DNA of 64,000 nucleotides from Oculina patagonica (Eukaryota): NCBI RefSeq assembly GCF_052425735.1, contig NC_135759.1, positions 29,388,001 to 29,452,000 of the forward strand, read 5' to 3'. Shown piece by piece: positions 60,201 to 64,000 of this stretch (position 1 is its first letter; each line of letters starts with the position of its first letter). The notes under the pieces were generated by a model. It saw only the letters and a program-made list of their open reading frames with translations, ran no database searches and was not told where the DNA came from. The position numbers and the translations under genes were made by a program.

Positions 60201-63200
60201 TCGGCAAGGTATAGACACCATCGTCACAAGCAAAGTGTTCAGCAAGATCATACTAGGGCGCATGACTGCTGCCCTGGAGAAGGACATTCGTAAAGAGCAA
60301 GCTGGCTTCCGTAAAGGGAGATCCTGCAGTGACCACATCTTTACTCTCAGGCAGATCTTTGAGCAGGCGAAGGAATGGAACAGCACAGTCTATGCGAAAA
60401 AGCCTTCGATAGCATCCAAAGGGAAACGCTATGGTGCATCCTTCGACACTACGGAATGCCATCCAAGGTAGTAAATATCATCAGGATGCTGTATCATCAT
60501 CTAGTATGATCTTGCTGAGCATTACGTACATTTTATAGATTCTTAATCCTAGTTAATTAATTTTAAGTATGAATATCATCTTAGAGTTTTTAAGTAGTTT
60601 TAAATTATTATTGTATTTATTTCATTGTCTTTGAAAAGCCTCTAGNNNNNNNNNNNNNNNNNNNNNNNNNNNNNNNNNNNNNNNNNNNNNNNNNNNNNNN
60701 NNNNNNNNNNNNNNNNNNNNNNNNNNNNNNNNNNNNNNNNNNNNNNNNNNNNNNNNNNNNNNNNNNNNNNNNNNNNNNNTAGGTCATCTGTGAAAACCAG
60801 GTGACAGAGCCATTTACTTTTCAAACGGGCGTAAAGCAGGGGTGCATACTGTCTCCGTTTCTGTTCTCTCTGTATTGACTGGGTCATGAAGAACACTACA
60901 CAAGATCAAAGAGGCATTCGATGGACTCTCTCTGATGTGCTCAGCGACCTTGATTTTGCAGACGACATCTGCCTCTTAGCCCATCGCCACACAGACATGC
61001 AGGCCATGACCGAAGGTCTGGCATCTACAGCTGCTGTGCTTGGTCTTAAGATCAGCCCCTGCAAGAAAACAAAACACATGAGAATGAACTATCGCTCAGA
61101 TGCGCCGATCACCCTGCATGGGAAGATAGTTGAAGAAGTCAACGAGTTTACGTACCTTGACTCCAAGATGACCACTGATGGAGACTCAGAGCCAGAGATT
61201 AGGGAAAGACTCTCCAAGGCAGGGCAAGCATTTGCCTCCCTCAAGAACATCTGGAAAAGCAAGAAGATCACCCTAAAGACTAAACTCCGCTTCTTCAAGA
61301 GTTATTAAACGTTCTTACCACGTTGCTGTATGGGTGTGAGTCATGGAAGGCCACAAAAGCCATTTGCCACAAACTTGACACATTCCAAAATCGATGTCTA
61401 CGCCACATTCTGAACATCTTCTGGCCTAACATCATTTCAAACGCCGAGCTACGCCGGGCAACCTCAACGAACAGCATCAGCTCCGAGGTGAAGAAGAGAA
61501 CGTGGCGCTGGATCGGAGACGTCCTCAGGATGGATCCATCATCAATTCCCAGAGTTGCTCTGCACTGGACTCCATCTGGGAAAAGAGCAAGGGGACGACC
61601 AAAAGAGACCTGGCGGCGGACAGTTGAAAAAGAGATGCGGAAAAGCAGACTCAGCTGGGGAGAGCTGAGAAAGAATACAAAGAACAGGCAGCAGTGGCGG
61701 AATCTGGTAACGGCCTTATGTGCCCAAGGGCACGAAGAGGATTGAGTGAGTGAGTGAGTGAGTGAGTGAAGGTAATTAATTTAATTTTGGAAAAGCAGTT
61801 AACAAATAATTACTTTTGAGAGATTTCAATTTATGAGTGTACCAGATATGTCAACAAAAGGTACTCAATTGTTCTTTAATTGTAAACATTAATTTTAAGT
61901 TAAATAAATATATATCTGTTCGATTTTCCAAGAACCTGGCGCCCAAGGCCCAAAACAGCCTGGGGCTAGTAGAAGTCCCCAGCCCTCCCCCCAGGCTAGA
62001 AGGTTGTCACCTCAGGAGCCCAGCTGGCAGCTGCAACACCAGCCGGGTGCCTTCTACACAGGGAAGCCTGCACCGGTGTCATTCAAAATATTCACAGACT
62101 ACACAGGTGCATTCCAAGTTCACACAAAATTCCTCAAAGGGGCCGGAACCAAGCTAGGCCCAGCAGTCAAAAGTGACACCCTCCCCTCCCCCCAGCTTTT
62201 GACGGCTACCCGCCAGCTGGACACCAGCAGATAGCCCAGTGCCTGGGCAAGGTCCCCATACCATGGTTGAGGTTAAGCCACCTCAAGTTAAGGTTGCTGG
62301 CAGCCAGGTTTCTGTGAATTCTCTGAGATCTATGTTAATGTAAAAACTTTTTGATTAACATGTTTTTATAAATAATTGACAGTTTGCTCTTCAACCTTCC
62401 AAGTTTATTTTTTGAAAAATAACATCAAAACACAGTCAGCGACAAACCTTTAACAAACTAAATTATAGCATTTTGACATGGAATTTATTTTTAATGTCCA
62501 CAATACGGACAGAAAAATGTTGTCAAATCCCCTGCCTATGACCGACCTTCTGTGGGCCATTCCATTTTGAGGTAAGTTAAAATTTACCCCCTACAGGGCC
62601 TGATTACATGGCGAATTTCAGCCTGGACTGGAATTTTGTTGCTATATATTGCATGGCAAATTTCAGCCTGGGCTGAATTAACACTTTTAAAACTGAATAA
62701 TTATCGTGGCCGCAATTTTCTTTCCTTGAAAATCACCACTGAGCATCCGTAAACTCATTTCAGCCCGGGGTGAAATTGAAAACGCGTTGACATGAGGTTT
62801 TTCAGCCCATTTGCGCGGGCTGAGATTTTCAGCTCAGTTTCAAAAACCAGGCTGGAAGTTTCAGCCTGGGAAGTAATTCCGCCTGGGATGAAACTATCCT
62901 CATGTTATCGCAAATGTCTTTTTAAGAATATTGGTTCAGGAAGCCGGGGCTGAAATTCTCTATGTGATCAGGCCCAAAGAAAAAAAGATCAATTCCCTTC
63001 AGAAAAAAAGCCAACTTTTCCCTAATCCCTTCAAAAATATTCGACACATCAAAAGCGCCGACGGGGCTGCCCCCTCAGAAATGACTTCAAAAAGCCCCTT
63101 CAGAAAATCTCATCTATAGGGGTGGGGGGGGGGGGGGTGAATATATAAAATGGAATGGCCCTGTAACCAATGATAGAAGCTAGGCTAGTTTTAAAAATAT

Positions 63201-63479
63201 TCTTTTGAAGACAAAACTCTTCTACTCACCAATTCCTATTCCATATCCGGGATGATAAATAAAAATCGGTGCATACTGCTCACTCCAATAGCGTAACTGC
63301 TCCAGCATATCAACGCGAAGGAAAGTGAAAAGATGGCCGACCAAAGGCCATGCACCAGGCGGGACAGGAATCTTCTGCAGAGGGGACAACTTCTCTTCTA
63401 TGAGTTTATACACAAGCCAAAGAATGACTGATGCCAACAACGACAAGAAAATGAAATAAGCACTGGAGAAAACGTCCAT
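54224..63479 (-). CDS. Cytochrome P450 (clan 4/CYP46-like), 499 aa, microsomal type
   Basis: Exons 63479-63230, 59797-59559, 59124-58849, 57973-57842, 57442-57070, 54453-54224 total 1500 nt in frame, GT-AG. N-terminal TM anchor and PPGAWPLVGH hinge; I-helix FMVAGHETT; K-helix ESMR; FDPGRF; heme motif FGVGSRTCVG. Confidence 0.95.
54725..55062. mobile_element. MITE with (TTACGGTTAACGG) repeats
   Basis: TIR AGGGTCTCAATGGGGT / ACCCCATTGAGACCCT. Confidence 0.7.
55063..55423. mobile_element. TTAA-flanked (Kolobok-like) MITE
   Basis: TTAAAGGAGCT...GTGACAAAGCCTCTTAA. Homologous sequence lies in intron 3 of genes 1 and 2 (~18670-19145, ~30050-30380). Confidence 0.55.
55550..56310. mobile_element. 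Hairpin-ended (Crypton-like) repeat
   Basis: Hairpin AACAATTATTC...GTGATTATTGTTGAATAATCCCC / GGGGATTATTCAACAATAATCAC...GAATAATTGTT at 55555-55660; inverted TAGTATAATTT/AAATTATACTA. Confidence 0.55.
56365..56445 (+). pseudogene. tRNA-like sequence (A and B boxes) inside a repeat
   Basis: TGGCCTAATGGTAAGGCG and GGTTCGAATCC; no convincing cloverleaf acceptor stem. Confidence 0.45.
58072..58590 (+). mobile_element. Two nested tRNA-derived SINEs
   Basis: Inner SINE at 58088-58364 (tRNA head and CTTGGGCAAGACACTT core) is flanked by CAGGGATGG at 58079-58087 and 58365-58373, inside the head of a second SINE family. Confidence 0.8.
60056..61765 (+). mobile_element. RTE-clade LINE, internally deleted and frameshifted, antisense in CYP intron 1
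   Basis: RT motifs EQAGFRKGRSCSDHIFTLRQI, GVKQGCILSPFLF, DLDFADDICLL, LLYGCESW and GKRARGRPKETWRRTV; (TGAG)n tail; TSD GTGAAGGTAATT at 60044-60055 and 61766-61777; contains a gap at 60646-60779. Confidence 0.92.
62596..62975. mobile_element. PIF/Harbinger-like MITE
   Basis: TIR GGGCCTGATTACAT / ATGTGATCAGGCCC; internal TTCAGCC(C/T)GGGCTGAA repeats. Confidence 0.7.
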
Positions 63480-64000
63480 AATGAACCCCGTGCACACCGG
63501 GGTGCACAGCCTGTCACGTTAATGTCGTTAATGAAGCAAAATCAACTGGCGAAGGGATGGACTCGGCGTGGAGATTAGGTTCAAGGCTGGGTCAGGTGGG
63601 TCGGTATAGCTGTGCCGGTTTGAATTACGAAAATATGTTTTTCGATGCAATATTTCCTCCTAAGTATCAGAATTTCAAATGAAAAGTACTTTACGTCAAA
63701 ATGGGCTGAGTTTCAATGGAAGGTATTTTATTTCCCTAATTCACGGCATCCCTTCCCCACCCCCACCCCGCATCTTCTCTAATGCCCAAACCTCGCTTTC
63801 ATACAGAGGCTCAGATGTGCGTGACTTTGCAGAAATCAGTCTCGTATAAGATTCTGACCTTTGGATAGCTCACAGTTCTCAAAAATGGTCATTTATATTC
63901 TAGCAGTTCTTCTTTTTCTATGGCTGTCGTACGAAATCCTTAAAGACGAATTTACAGCGTTGCGAAAGATTCCTAAAGCCGACGGTTCTCTTCCTCTTAT

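Noticed and set aside
61837-62234. GC-rich ORFs in CYP intron 1
   Set aside because: No recognisable motif or splice context; probably a repeat fragment.

Overview
Eukaryotic, AT-rich, intron-containing DNA with three assembly gaps. The repeat types (hairpin-ended Crypton-like elements, Harbinger and Kolobok-like MITEs, tRNA-SINEs, RTE LINE) point to an anthozoan cnidarian, probably a stony coral; this is an inference. All gene models were spliced by hand. From left to right the window holds: (1) the 3' part of a gene with a Gly/Ala-rich hydrophobic helical region resembling a pore-forming toxin or translocator, ending GKRR*; (2) about 11 kb of nested non-autonomous transposons; (3) a tandem cluster of four 6-exon genes (16.2-44.3 kb) for secreted, very basic proteins, each with a signal peptide, a K/R/G/P-rich N-terminal arm, four exon-encoded furin-like Cys modules (all introns phase 1) and a basic tail. 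Gene 2 is a chimera of type-B exons 1-2 and type-A exons 3-6. Gene 4 has lost a splice donor and may be an allele of gene 3, duplicated across a scaffold gap; (4) small orphan membrane-protein genes, including two related single-pass proteins, one with alternative last exons and a PDZ-type C-terminus; (5) an intact 6-exon cytochrome P450 on the minus strand, with an internally deleted RTE LINE and SINEs in its introns. The most interesting candidate system is the exon-shuffling cluster of cationic furin-repeat (R-spondin-like, no TSP1 domain) secreted proteins.
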